Virus record (IMG/VR): IMGVR_UViG_3300042880_000420
Span: 1 to 64,000 of that record
Length of the DNA stretch: 64,000 nucleotides
Direction: 5' to 3' (one strand)
Origin: a virus
Below, one piece after another: positions 27,909 to 40,600 of the stretch (the first letter of the stretch is position 1; each line of letters opens with the position of its first letter). Under the pieces are notes generated by a model. That model saw nothing but the letters and a program-made list of their open reading frames with translations, did not search any database and was not told where the DNA came from. A program made the translations under genes and the position numbers.

Positions 27909-28091
27909 ATGCAAAAAGAATTTAAAATTGAAATCCTTTCACAAATAAGAAGTTTGTTAGGACTAAGCTATATGGAAGGTCAAATTCAAAAAGAAGATGG
28001 ATATATACACTTTCATGAAGTGGGTGTTGGATTTATCTTTTTTGGAATATTTGTTACATTTTATACCAAACATAAAAATGGAGAGATTTAA
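27909..28091 (+). CDS. Small hypothetical protein with hydrophobic C-terminus
   Basis: 60-aa ORF ending inside the terminator. Confidence 0.6.
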   Translation: MQKEFKIEILSQIRSLLGLSYMEGQIQKEDGYIHFHEVGVGFIFFGIFVTFYTKHKNGEI

Positions 28092-28107
28092 TCTCTCCAT
28101 TTTTTTT
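28074..28107. terminator. Bidirectional terminator between the replication and virion modules
   Basis: AAAAATGGAGAGAT-TTA-ATCTCTCCATTTTT. Confidence 0.85.
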
Positions 28108-31100
28108 AATCTAATTGTTTTTGGTAGTATATCACCTGGTTTATATTACTCAATACAGGTAACACTTTAGTAATTTTTATTGCTGTCCGTTCAGCATCAT
28201 ATTCTAAGTTTCCATTTTCTTTTTCTATCTCCATTGCATAATAACCTATAGCTTTTGAAGCATCAAACCAATTTCTAGTTGTTCTAAAAATTGCTGGAAA
28301 TATTTCTTTTTGTAATTCTCCAGCAGATGTGGGATCAGTATAATAACTTAAATCTCTATTTAAATCTCGTAATTGTCTGAGTAGTAATAGATTGTAAAGT
28401 TTCTTATATCTATCATCATCTGGAGCCATTGCTTTCAAAATCAAATAAGCCATCCATAATGTTACAATTATTTGTAATTCTTTAACAGCTTTTTTAAAGT
28501 TTGCAAGTTCCATTTCGTCTGTGATTCCTGTCACTTGTTTTTTAAGAACTACGTCAAGCATCATTTTTAATATACCAAGTTTTTTCTCTAATACTTTTTT
28601 AACAAAAGTTCTATAATAACCTTCTTCATATCTACCTAACATATCATCTTTATGTTTAGGATCAAATCTTACACCAATAGTTTCAGGCAACCAACTTTTA
28701 AATAATAACACTAATCTTCCTATTGCATTTTCTTTTGCTTTAATATAAGTGTTTTTGCCAGACAGACCGTGTAATTTATTTGCAAGCTGTTTATATTTTA
28801 ATATTTTTTTATTATAATATTCTTCAAAAGTTAATCCTTCATTTTTATCGGCATCCCATTCACCATATTTTTCTGTATTATAATTTCTATCTTCTGTCAT
28901 AGAATCCCAAAAAGAAACTTCTTCTCCAAATGCAGTTTTAATTTTATCATGTAATGATGATGCCACTAACATTTCTGCTTTAAAATGATAATCACCAGAT
29001 GATAACCATGTATATGCATTAGGAATCATTTCTCTAAGTTTATCAAGTGAAGTTTTTTTATCAATAAGTTCTTTTAAATAAAATCCGTTTTCACCTTCAG
29101 CTATTCCTGCATCTATCATAATACCAAACAACTTTCTTGTAGTTTCTGTTTGTATTTTTCCAAATGATAAATATTTTTTACTGGCATCTATGATAATAAA
29201 GTTTGCTTTTATTAATTCTTTTTTATTAAAATCTCTTTCACTTGCTGCATGAATCCTATTATTAATTTTTCCAACTAAAAGGTTTCTACTAGCTGAAAAA
29301 GGTTTTAATGCAAGTGAACCGAGTCTTGTTTGAGTTATAAGTGAATCTATTATTGATGTAGCAGATATGTTTCTACCACCTAAATTCATATACTCTCCTC
29401 TAAATGCATACAGTTCGGCTTCTTTCTTTTCGCGAATTGCATCTGTTAAGTCTTCATTTTCAAGTTCTTCATTTAATTTTTTTATTTTATCTTCTAAGAT
29501 TTTAGCTTTTTTAGCTTTATCTGATTTCCAATATCCAAAAGATGCAAGTTCCATCCAGTTATAAAATAATCTTGAGGATGTTGGAAGTATATCTTCAGGA
29601 ATAGCACCATAAAAACTTGAAGCAACCGTTGCTTCAGCCAAAGACTTAATTCTTACAGCATCCTGTTGTTGTGGTTCTAATTCACCTAATTTTTTATTTA
29701 ATTTATAAGAACCTTCTGTTTTTCTTAATACATCAAGAATAGTGTCAACCTCTGATTTAATAATGTTTTTATGTTTATACATGGTTGCCATATCACTAAA
29801 CATTTTAGCAATTAAAACAAGATTTTTAGATCTATCTTCAATAGGAACATTTTCAGAAAGAAATCTTGTTTTAATATTAAATCTTTTCTTTTTAGTAACT
29901 GGATTAATTTCTACTTTGTTGTCAAAATTATAAGATGTAAGAGCTTTAAAAAACCAATCACCTAATCCATTAACAGATTCTTTAAGATTTGTAAAACCAT
30001 ATTCTTTAGTTAATCTTTCTGCAAGAACAGGTAAAAAATTTGAACCAAGAGAATCAATTTCTTCTTCAGGCAATCCTGCCAAATTTTTTCTGATAAAATT
30101 TGTGTACCAATTATAAAATTCATTTAATTCTGAATCTTCACTAATCTTAATAAAATTTTCATCATAGTAATCTACTTTTTTACCATCAATTGTTTTAACA
30201 GGAATTAAATAAACATATTTACTACCACCATATGCTGTAAACTTTTCAGCACCAATAAATTTTTGTTCGTAATATTTTAAAGGATTGTTTATATTATCAT
30301 ATTCTTGAACTTTTTCTTTTACATATTCTTCTAATGTTTTATCAGAAGGTATAACAGATGGATTTTCAAAAGCATCAATTTCAATTCTATGTTGATAAAC
30401 ATCTTTATTCCATAAAAATCTATTATATAGTCTTTGTGATTCTGCTATCATATTACCAATTTCAGAATCATTAAAACCTTTATCTTTAATCCTTTTTATT
30501 TCAGCATTTCTATCTGCATCAGTATATTTATCCATTTCTAAAAAATACAAAGCATTAAATGTTTCTGTATTTTTTTCTTTCCACTTATTAAAATAAGAAT
30601 AAGCTTCTTTTTGTTTTTCTTTGTCAGCACCTGCTTCATCAAGCTTCTTTTTAAGCAATGTATTTGCTTCTTTAAGCGAATCCCAGAAGTTTTGATTGTA
30701 TCTTGTTACAATTCCTAATGTTTCTTGTGAATCCTTTTTTTGTGTTTTTATAAATAAATCCCATCCAAATTTTTTAAAAGTGGGGTTATTTTCTATCAAC
30801 TTAAAATATCTATCTATCTCCGCATAGTTATTATTATGTTCACGATTGATTATTAAATTAACTTCATTAATAATGTAAGATAATTTATTTGTAATAGGAA
30901 TACCTGCTGTAGAAAGTTCTCTAACCCACTCTGTAAAGAATGATGTATCTGTTATTTTTAGTAAGTCTTCTTTTTTTAATTTAACTCCACGTCTTGATTC
31001 CTCAATTAAATTTAATGCAACAATTCTACCTTTTTCAGAAAATAAATTGTATGAATTTTTAATTTTTATTAATCTTTGTTTTGGAGATTCTTTTTCAATA

Positions 31101-31627
31101 AGAGTACCTTCTAGTCCCATTATTTGTTGTTTCTCATCACTAACACTGTCAATATTTTCTATTCCAAGAAGTACATTAATAGAATTCCATGTATCAATGA
31201 TTTCTTGTATAAATGTATAATCATCTAAGTTAAGATTGTTACTGTTAAAAGCAGCTTCAACAATTTTAATATCATTTTCAGCCATAGATAAAATTAAATC
31301 TAAAGTAGTTCCAGGACCAACTTTAGCTAAATGTTTGATAGATTCATTTGCTTCTTTAATGATTTTATCATAATTAACAATTTTTTCTATTTTTTCTTTT
31401 TTTGAAAGTCCACTTTGTTGTACAGCTTTCTTTTTATTAATAGCATCAGTTTTACGCTGATTCATTAATCGTATAGATTTTGTAACAATGTCATTTGGTT
31501 TTGGAGAAGTTACAATAGATCTCAACTCTCTAAACGATAAGTTATTTAAAGTACCATTTCTTTTTAAAGATTCTAAGAGTTCTTCTTTGGAATACTCTTG
31601 TCCAAGATATATATATTTACACGACAT
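28106..31627 (-). CDS. Large virion (ejected) protein downstream of the vRNAP
   Basis: 1173 aa, helical, only Cys at residue 3; position as in crAss-like ejection modules. Confidence 0.75.
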   Translation of the reverse strand: MSCKYIYLGQEYSKEELLESLKRNGTLNNLSFRELRSIVTSPKPNDIVTKSIRLMNQRKTDAINKKKAVQQSGLSKKEKIEKIVNYDKIIKEANESIKHLAKVGPGTTLDLILSMAENDIKIVEAAFNSNNLNLDDYTFIQEIIDTWNSINVLLGIENIDSVSDEKQQIMGLEGTLIEKESPKQRLIKIKNSYNLFSEKGRIVALNLIEESRRGVKLKKEDLLKITDTSFFTEWVRELSTAGIPITNKLSYIINEVNLIINREHNNNYAEIDRYFKLIENNPTFKKFGWDLFIKTQKKDSQETLGIVTRYNQNFWDSLKEANTLLKKKLDEAGADKEKQKEAYSYFNKWKEKNTETFNALYFLEMDKYTDADRNAEIKRIKDKGFNDSEIGNMIAESQRLYNRFLWNKDVYQHRIEIDAFENPSVIPSDKTLEEYVKEKVQEYDNINNPLKYYEQKFIGAEKFTAYGGSKYVYLIPVKTIDGKKVDYYDENFIKISEDSELNEFYNWYTNFIRKNLAGLPEEEIDSLGSNFLPVLAERLTKEYGFTNLKESVNGLGDWFFKALTSYNFDNKVEINPVTKKKRFNIKTRFLSENVPIEDRSKNLVLIAKMFSDMATMYKHKNIIKSEVDTILDVLRKTEGSYKLNKKLGELEPQQQDAVRIKSLAEATVASSFYGAIPEDILPTSSRLFYNWMELASFGYWKSDKAKKAKILEDKIKKLNEELENEDLTDAIREKKEAELYAFRGEYMNLGGRNISATSIIDSLITQTRLGSLALKPFSASRNLLVGKINNRIHAASERDFNKKELIKANFIIIDASKKYLSFGKIQTETTRKLFGIMIDAGIAEGENGFYLKELIDKKTSLDKLREMIPNAYTWLSSGDYHFKAEMLVASSLHDKIKTAFGEEVSFWDSMTEDRNYNTEKYGEWDADKNEGLTFEEYYNKKILKYKQLANKLHGLSGKNTYIKAKENAIGRLVLLFKSWLPETIGVRFDPKHKDDMLGRYEEGYYRTFVKKVLEKKLGILKMMLDVVLKKQVTGITDEMELANFKKAVKELQIIVTLWMAYLILKAMAPDDDRYKKLYNLLLLRQLRDLNRDLSYYTDPTSAGELQKEIFPAIFRTTRNWFDASKAIGYYAMEIEKENGNLEYDAERTAIKITKVLPVLSNINQVIYYQKQLD

Positions 31628-31629
31628 AG

Positions 31630-34600
31630 TTATTTACATTTTCTTTTAATGTCAAGATAATTAACAAGTTTATTTGAGTCTAAATCAATTAGATTTTCCA
31701 AGAATGATTTAGTGGTTGATATTGATTTTAATTCTTCTGTTGTACTTGTTTCTTCAACACTTCTTGATGAAACAATTCCAATGATATTTTTAATACCTTC
31801 TTTTAACACCATTTCATCTTTAACAGTAATTCCAAGTGCCTCAAGAAGTTTAGCAAAGATATCAATAAATCTTTCAAGTAGAGACTTTTCTTCACTATAA
31901 GGAGTATTATTCATAAATGATCTGAATTCTTTATCAGTCATTAACATACTTGCAAATTCATTAATATTTGTCAATCCATAATAAAAAGACTTGTCTTTAA
32001 CAGATAAAACCCCGTCTTCTTTATTAACTTCATTTATTGCATTTCTTAAGTTTTCAGCATGTTTAGGATCTTTTAATATTCTTTCCTGTGTTGTTTTAAA
32101 AAGATTTTCTAAAGCCATCACCCATTTTCTTTGTTCAGGGGTAAGTTTGCTTTTATCCATTTCAATTATATTAACCGTAAGATGGTGCATTAATTCATGC
32201 ATTATAACATCTTGTAAAGCATTTATATTTTCAGGATCAGATTCAAATGCAAGTTTTGGATTTACTTTAATTATTTTTTCAAATTTATTGTAAGTTCCAG
32301 GATTTGCTAATGTTTCATCAATAATAATTTGAAGATTACCAACACCGCCTGTTTTTGATACTAATGAAAGTATTTCTTTATAAAAAGGTTCAGCATCTTT
32401 ATATAAATTATTAAGTGCTGTTTTTGTATTTGCTTTTTTATCTACTCCAAATATATTTGTAGTTGCTTCTTCTATCTGATTTGCAACCAATCCTTTTAAA
32501 AATATATCATCAAAATCTACTATTTCAATTTCTTGTTCTTCTTCAATTTCAACTATATCTGATTTTAATTCAGAACTTTTATTTAATGGTGCAGAATTAT
32601 TTGTGTCTGTTATAGCACCTAAAAATACTTCCTGATTATTTACTATATTAGAACCAGCAGGTTTAATAATAATTAATCTACCACTTGTTCTTGTAAGGGC
32701 AACATACATAGAACTAAATATATCGTCTTGATTTACATTAGCAGCAAGATTTCTTTTAATATTATAATCACCAACAATTACATTTTTAATACTATTACCT
32801 TGAGCTGTATGAGAAGATCCTATGTATGAAGGTACATAAGGAGGTGTAAATCTTTCATTTAATTCATCTAATTCCGATTTTAATTTAATATAATCTCCAT
32901 ATTTTAAATTAAACTTTGCAATGATTTCTCCTGTTTTGTTATTTTTAATTTCAATTCCTTCTTGTTGTTTTGTAATTGGATTATATTTACCATATGTAAA
33001 TTCTCCTGTTTTTGGATTTCTTTCTCCACTTATTTCAAAACCAAGTATTTTATGTATATGCCTAACTCTATTTTGTCTATTATAAACTATAGTGTGTTCA
33101 ACTTCTACTTTAGTTCCTTTGTTAAAATAACGCATTAAAGCTGGAGATACATAATTTTCAATATTTTCAAAATTAGAAAATACATCTAACACTTTGAATC
33201 TTGCACCTGGTTTTATTGCACCTTTTGTTATTTTATATTTACCATCTTGAACACGATATTTTTGTTGAGATAATATTTTTTCAATTTTATTATCACTTGG
33301 TGTATACTCATAATCACTTGTAGAAATTTCAACTTTACCATCAAAAATTATATAATCTTGATTAGTATATAATCTATGTGCTGGAGTTGATGAATCAATT
33401 TCCAATTTTCTAAAATATTCATTTCTTATTTTAGTTGCTATGTTTTTTGTATTTGCATGTTCAACATTATTGTAATGCACCCAAAACATTCCATATGGAT
33501 TATTATTATTAATTAAATAATCAGTGTAGTCATCTATCACTCCATTTTCATTTGTAACTACAAGCATGTTTTCTGTTGATTGATTTGTCAACTTATCATA
33601 ATTTTCAAATGATAATTTTTGAACAGCCGCACCAGATTGTAAATTATTAATATTTTTAATAATTTGATTTCCAATAGAATCATACATTTTGTGTAATTGT
33701 TCATTATCTGAACGCATCACTTGAGTTAATTCTTTAGTTTTATTTTTATCCAAAAGTAATGTAGAAGAAATAACACCTTTATTAACATCAGAAGATTGTT
33801 GTTCACCAATTGGTCCTAATTGTCTATAATCTCCCATAAATATAAATACAGGCAATCTACTTATTAATCCATTATTAAGATCTTGTTTTAATCTTAATAT
33901 CATATCTGAAATATCTTTTTTACCAATCATTGAACTTTCATCAACAATTATAATATCAGGTCTTCCCATTGAAGGTTTAAACTGAGTAGAATTTATATAC
34001 TCTTTTTCTGAAGCTAAAGATAAAATTCCATCCACCATTCTATTTCTTCTTGTGTGGGCGGCAATTGTATTAACAGTTCCATCATTAGCATATTCACTAT
34101 CAAGACCTAATGATTCTTGAAGCACCGTGCTTGCAGTATGTGTAGGAGCTAAATACATTATACTTGGTTGAGTATATTTACTTTTACCCTCTATAGCAGC
34201 CATTATAGCTTTAATAACAGTGGTTTTACCAACACCACCTCTACCAGCTAGTCCAATCATATTATTCCACATATCAACTGGAATCAATCCATTGAATTGC
34301 TTTGTAAGAGGAGATGTAAATATTACTGTTTCATCTAAATTCTCAGCTTTAATTTGTTTTTTATTAGCCAGTAATTCTTCAACTTTATTTTTAATAAAAT
34401 TAAATGCTTCTTGTTGTCCATCATTCATTAAATAAATAGTATCATCTGTTTCCATAATGACATTATTATTTGGATTAGAACCTTTAGGAACATTAATTCT
34501 TTTTTCTGGTTTAGCAAGTGTTTCCTCTATAACAGGTGTCGGTCTGGTTTCTTCTGTAAGTATTACAGGAACCTCTATTTCTGATTTATCATTATATAAT

Positions 34601-37600
34601 GACATCACTCTTTTAGTAATATCTTCAGATTGTATAACATCTCCAAAACTTGTTTTTTGTAATGATCTTATAGATCCTTCAAGATCAACAAAATATTTAG
34701 GTTGATTTTGAATATTAGTAAGAGTTACCACCCAATCAGGATGTAAATTAACTTCATGTGTTAATATAACTTTAGATAATAAATTAGCATCTGAAACAGG
34801 TTGACCTTTTTCACCTTGAGCTTGGAAATAAACATTATATCCATCCTCCATAGTTCCTTCAATAATATAGTTTTTACCACCATATTCTACTACACTTGAT
34901 TTAACTTCCGGTTGTTCTTCTATTACTTCTTCTTCAGTTTCTTGTGTAGGTTTAGTAGTTTTTATAGAAAGTAATTTACTAAATTCTTCTTCAAACACTA
35001 TATTATCAGGAATAGGAAATGCACTAAACATGTCAGCCATATCCTGATCTGTATAACCATTTAAGTTTTTCTTACCGTCTACTCTGTATGCTACTAAAAA
35101 CTCTTTATCAGGATTTTGTTTAGCAAAATCATATAATTCTTTGATATTACTTTGAATTTGTTCTGGAGTTAAACTCTTTTCCCCAGCTTTTTCATACTTA
35201 ATACCTGTTTGTTTTTCTACAAATCCTGCTGTAAGATTTTTTGTAACTAAAGCATATGATTGATTTTTCAATCCTCTTCCTACAAATTGTACTGCACCAA
35301 ATTTATTTTTAGCTTGTTGAGCAGCACCGGCACCATGTCTTCCTTGTGGATTAGAACCAAATACAAATATTTGATTAGGTTGTAATGATTCAATTTTACC
35401 TTGATATGTTTTTACAGGTTCTGTTGTTTCTACAGATGTTACATTTTCATATGCTTCATTTAAAGATTTAATAAACCAATTATTACCACCTGTTTCCCAA
35501 ACACTATTTTGTTTAGTAGGTTGATGAGTAGAATTTAATATCCATTCAGAACCACCTTGATTTGTTATTTCATCAACTAATCTTGGATGTTGTTGAAGTT
35601 TAGCTGTAATAATATTTACCATTAAATTGTAAGTACTATTAGGTCCTTCATCTTTTGTAGCTGTAGATTTTAATGCTTGATATGCAGCTTCAGCATCTTT
35701 ATAAGTTTTACCTTGAAATTCTACAGGATAAGATTGTGTAAGATTGCCTTTTGATTTAGCTAATTCTGTAGGATTTGTAAGAGCAGCAGCTAAACCTGTA
35801 GCATTAGAAGATATTTCTACACCTGGTTTTACTTCTGTAGTTGCAGTAGGTTGTGCAGATTTAAATGTATTTTCATATACATCTCTAATAGCTTGTAAAG
35901 ATTTATTTATAACTTCTTCTGTTGCTAATGTTCTACTTCCAATACCAGCAAAATTTTTAGTAAGTTTTGGTGTTTCTGTTGGTACAAAGTTTTTTACTTT
36001 ATAATCATAAGTATACCACCCTTCTTTAGTACCATCAAATACATATACAGGTTTACCTTCATTAATTGCCATTTGAACAGCATAACCTGTTCCACCTTTA
36101 ACAATAGGAACAGCAGCTATTCTTGTTTCACCTGCTTTATCAGATGCATTTTCACCAGGTTGTTTAATAGTACCTAATGCATAAATAGCGTCTGCATTTT
36201 TAACTTGCATCCAATTTCTTATAATATATGCACTTCTTACTGATTTATTTCCAGCATCAGTAAACATCATTCTAAAAGCTTGTGTAGCTTTTTGTGCACC
36301 TTCATTATAATCTTTTTGTTCTATATAAGTAGGTTTAATACCAGCAGTTTGTAATTTTTTAGAATCTAAAGTTTTACTTCCTTTTGCTGCTTGTCCTTTT
36401 GTATCAATATATTCTAAAGGTTCTCTGTAATGTTTATGTTCAATTACCCCAAATTCTCTACCAATTTGATCCCATTCAGTATCAGATAAAGCTGCACCAC
36501 CTGAATGGTTAGTATAATCAGCAGGATTAAGTATACCTTCTTGTGTTGTAATTGGAGCGGGTGCTATAGGTTTTTCAATTTCTGATTCAGTGGTTTCATT
36601 TCTATTTACATTATTCATAGGAATAGAAGAAACTAAATCTGGATTATTAAAATCAAATTCAGAAATGTTTTTATATCCTAATATTTCTACTCTTTCATAT
36701 GTTGCACTACCATCTTCTGTAGCAATATCACTTGTACGTTTATACAAATATGATGTAAATTGATTATATACACCGGGTATATCAGAAACAACTTCATCAG
36801 AAAGTAAAATATACGCAGGGTATTTAAAACCAATATTAATTAGTTTTTTATCTCTAATGTATGTAGAATCTGCATCACTCAACGGAACTTGTAATGACTG
36901 TCTTATTCCTTTTAATTTAACATCATTTTCAGGAAAGTCTGCAAGCTTTAATGTAAAATTAGAAACATCTTTTAATGATTCTTTTTTAATTATGTTTTTA
37001 AATACTTTCTTAAATGTAGAATCCGAAATTCCTCTTTCTGTATGACGTGTGGTAAAATTAAAAGATTTAGAAAATGTATCAGGATAGTTTTGAACCATCT
37101 GATCAATTAATATTAATTTAGATTTATCATTACTAATATGATCTGAATATATTTTTTCAAAGTTTTTCATTGCGTTATTAAACTCAGGATCGGAATTATA
37201 ATAACCAATTGGAATATATCTACCTATAAAACCAGCATCTCCAGTGACATAAGGATATAATGCAAAATCTTTAGCTAATTGTTTAATCTCATCACTATCA
37301 TCTAAAGCCAATTCATAAAAACCTGACATCACTTCTCTAACATCAATATCTTGTCCAAAAGGTGCTTTAAAAGAAATAGTGTATGTTTCAGATGAATAAT
37401 CTTTTTCAACATCAATATTCTTTAAAAATCCGTTTTTAGCATATTTAGGATTTTGTTTAAGCTCAATTGTTCTAAATCCAATTGATGTCTTTCCGTTTAT
37501 TAATTTTTCTCTTTCTAAAATAACGTTATCAAATAGTTCAAAAGAAGGACTGGTGTATATATATGATGTTATAGAATTAAATACCGTATTGTAATAAGTT

Positions 37601-40600
37601 TCATAACTATTTTTAGATAGCTTTGATTTATCAACACCCATAAAATTTAAAACAACATCTACAATTGATTCAAGATGTCTACCAGAACTTATTGGAAATA
37701 ATTGTTTATAAACATCATTTTGTGCAAAAATTAATGAGTTTGCAATAGCAGAACCAATTTCACCAACAGGGTCAATTTCCATGTCTCCTGTAAAATCATT
37801 TTTGGCAATCTCTCCTGCAATATTATTAATTCCAGAAAAATTAGTTGTAAAACTTAATTTGTTGAGTTGATAAAGTTTTTGTTTTGTTGCAAATACATTA
37901 GGTCCAATTCCTTTAGTATAAGGATACACCACACCCAATATTATCATTAATTCTCTTCCTAAATTCTCTAAACGTATAAATGTATCAATAGCATTGTATT
38001 GTGTATTATAATACGTAAGCATCATATCTTTAACAGAATCATATTTGAAATCCTTTGCCAGTTGTTCAAATATTTCAACACCTGCTTTTTGAGCAATTGC
38101 TTTACCAATTATCCACGTTTCTGCTAATGTTTCAGCATCAATAACTGAATTTCTTTCTTTATTATTAACATCAAAATAAGATTCTGCTGTTTTACCAGAT
38201 GGTAAATATTTTTCTTTATCAATTGTTTGAATAATTGTATTCTGAATTTCTGATGAAGAATTAATTAATGCATTAAAATCATATGCTCCAAAAGAATCTT
38301 GTTTTTGTTCTGTAAGTTCAAATAATTTTACTATTGCAGGTTGAGATGCAAGATCCATCATAAATTCAATAGGTGCTGCTTGACCTTTAGCATCTGACAA
38401 CATTGCAAAAAATCCTACAGCAGACATTGCTTTTTCCGTCCAGTTGAATTCTCTAAGGTATTGATTCTTAGCATTATCCACTGATTCAGTAAACATAATG
38501 TTTAAGTTATCAGAAATAGATCTTTTCTTATCAATAAATGAAGTGGATTCACCAAGTTTACCAATGTACAAAAGATCAATTATTTCACCATCTTTAGATA
38601 GTTTAATTTGAAGTGGATTGGGTGTATCTTCGGCATCTGCAAGAGACATCACTTTATCTTGAAAATCTGCTTGTGCAGAAATTAAATTAGCAAATACACC
38701 TACTCCCACCTTACCAGATCTATTATCAATATATCTGTTAATAGATGTCATAAAATCTAAAGGTAAATTAACAGTGATGTCTTCAACTAATTTATATTTT
38801 TCAAGTTGTTTTTTTCTCATTTCAACTTTATCTCCAACCTCAGGCATATCAATTGACTTAGTAATTTTGGAGAAAGTTGCAGAATTCATTAAAACTTCCC
38901 AGTGTATATCTCTATATAATTGATTAAGTTGATCTTCTGTAAAATTTGCAACATCCTTTATTGATTCTAAATTATATGTTACATCATTAAATTTATTATC
39001 TACATAATTAAATTTACTTATATAAGCATAAAGTTTATCTACGTCAAAGTCAGAACCCATTTGTCCTGTAATACCATCAGGTACAACAATTGAGTTTTCC
39101 ATATATGATGGAAGAAATCCTACCACTTCAATAGGAAGAGTGGAAGGATGAGATTGATTGGGAATACGTGTTCCAATAAGTTGAAACATTTTTTCACTAA
39201 AAGATGATGTGTTTAATATTTTACGACCATATTTATCTTCTGTAATATATTTAGATAAATCAATTAGATTACCATCTTCATCTCTTAAATATTGTGATAC
39301 AATAACTTGAGCTGCTTTTGTTTTGCCATTCTCTTGTCTTATATATTTTAATTTAGCATCTTCTTTAGCAAATTCATCAGAATATTTATCAATCCATATA
39401 ATACCTGATTTTACACCTTTGCTAATTTTACTAAAATTATACTTAGCACCAACACCACTCACTTGTATAAATGAAGTTCCTTCCACCTTTAACATTACAT
39501 TCTTATTAATAAGACTATTAATAAGACTTTGAAATTTAGGAAGTGCCCATTGTGCTTCTAATGGAATTTTAAATTTTTTAGTTGTAGGATCTAATTCAAT
39601 AGCTTGTAAATCTGCTTCAGAATAAGATCCTGTTGTATCATTAAGAATAACATTCTTCAGCAGTCTGTAAATGTTTTCATGTGTTTTATTTAAATTACCA
39701 AGCTCTTCCCTTAAACGATTTGCATGTATATCAAACAATTTAGATCTTACAGCTTCTTTAAGTTTTTTGCCAGTTTCACCAGATACATTAGACATATTAC
39801 CAAATGTAAAAGTTTTTACATTCAATAGTCCATCAAATAATGTACGATTCATTTGCGTAACCGTAGCAATTTCATCTTTTTGTTCTGGTACTTCCTGTTG
39901 ATTTCTGATACCACTTCTGCTTAACAGTTGTTTAGATGCTTCAAAATCTTCTTTACTTGGTTCAATAAAATTATTATTTTCATCAAATAATTTTAAAGAT
40001 TTACTTGGTCTTCCAAGTTTTTTAGCAGATGCAAAATTAACAGAACGAACACTGTTTTTTTCCATCCACGCTCTTAGTTTATCTCTTTCACTTCCCGCTT
40101 CATGTTGAGGAATTAAAGGATATCTGGATGATTTAACATAGTCTATTCTATTTAAACCACTAGCATCATCACCTATCTTAGAATAATATACATAAACAGG
40201 TTTAACGGGTGACATAACTATCTTTATTTCTTCTTCAGATAGTTCATAATATTCACCTGGTTTTATTTTATTATAAATTGATTCCCAACTATCTAAATCA
40301 ATTTTACCTTCACTCATTAAATAATCAATATGTTCTTGCAACGTGACAAATTCTTGAGCATCTGTAATCTCACTTTTATTTAAAACATCACCATTGATAT
40401 TTTTAACAGTTGTTTTTACATCTTCAGAAGTAATTGTAATATAATCTTGTCCAGCGTCATTATATGCTTTACCGTTTGATCTGTTCCAAAACCAATTACC
40501 TTGTGTGCCAGGAGCAATTAACGCAGCAGCACGTTTTGAAAATTCATCCCATGTTGAATTAGCAATACTCACTTTTTCTTCAGAAGATAAATCAGATATA

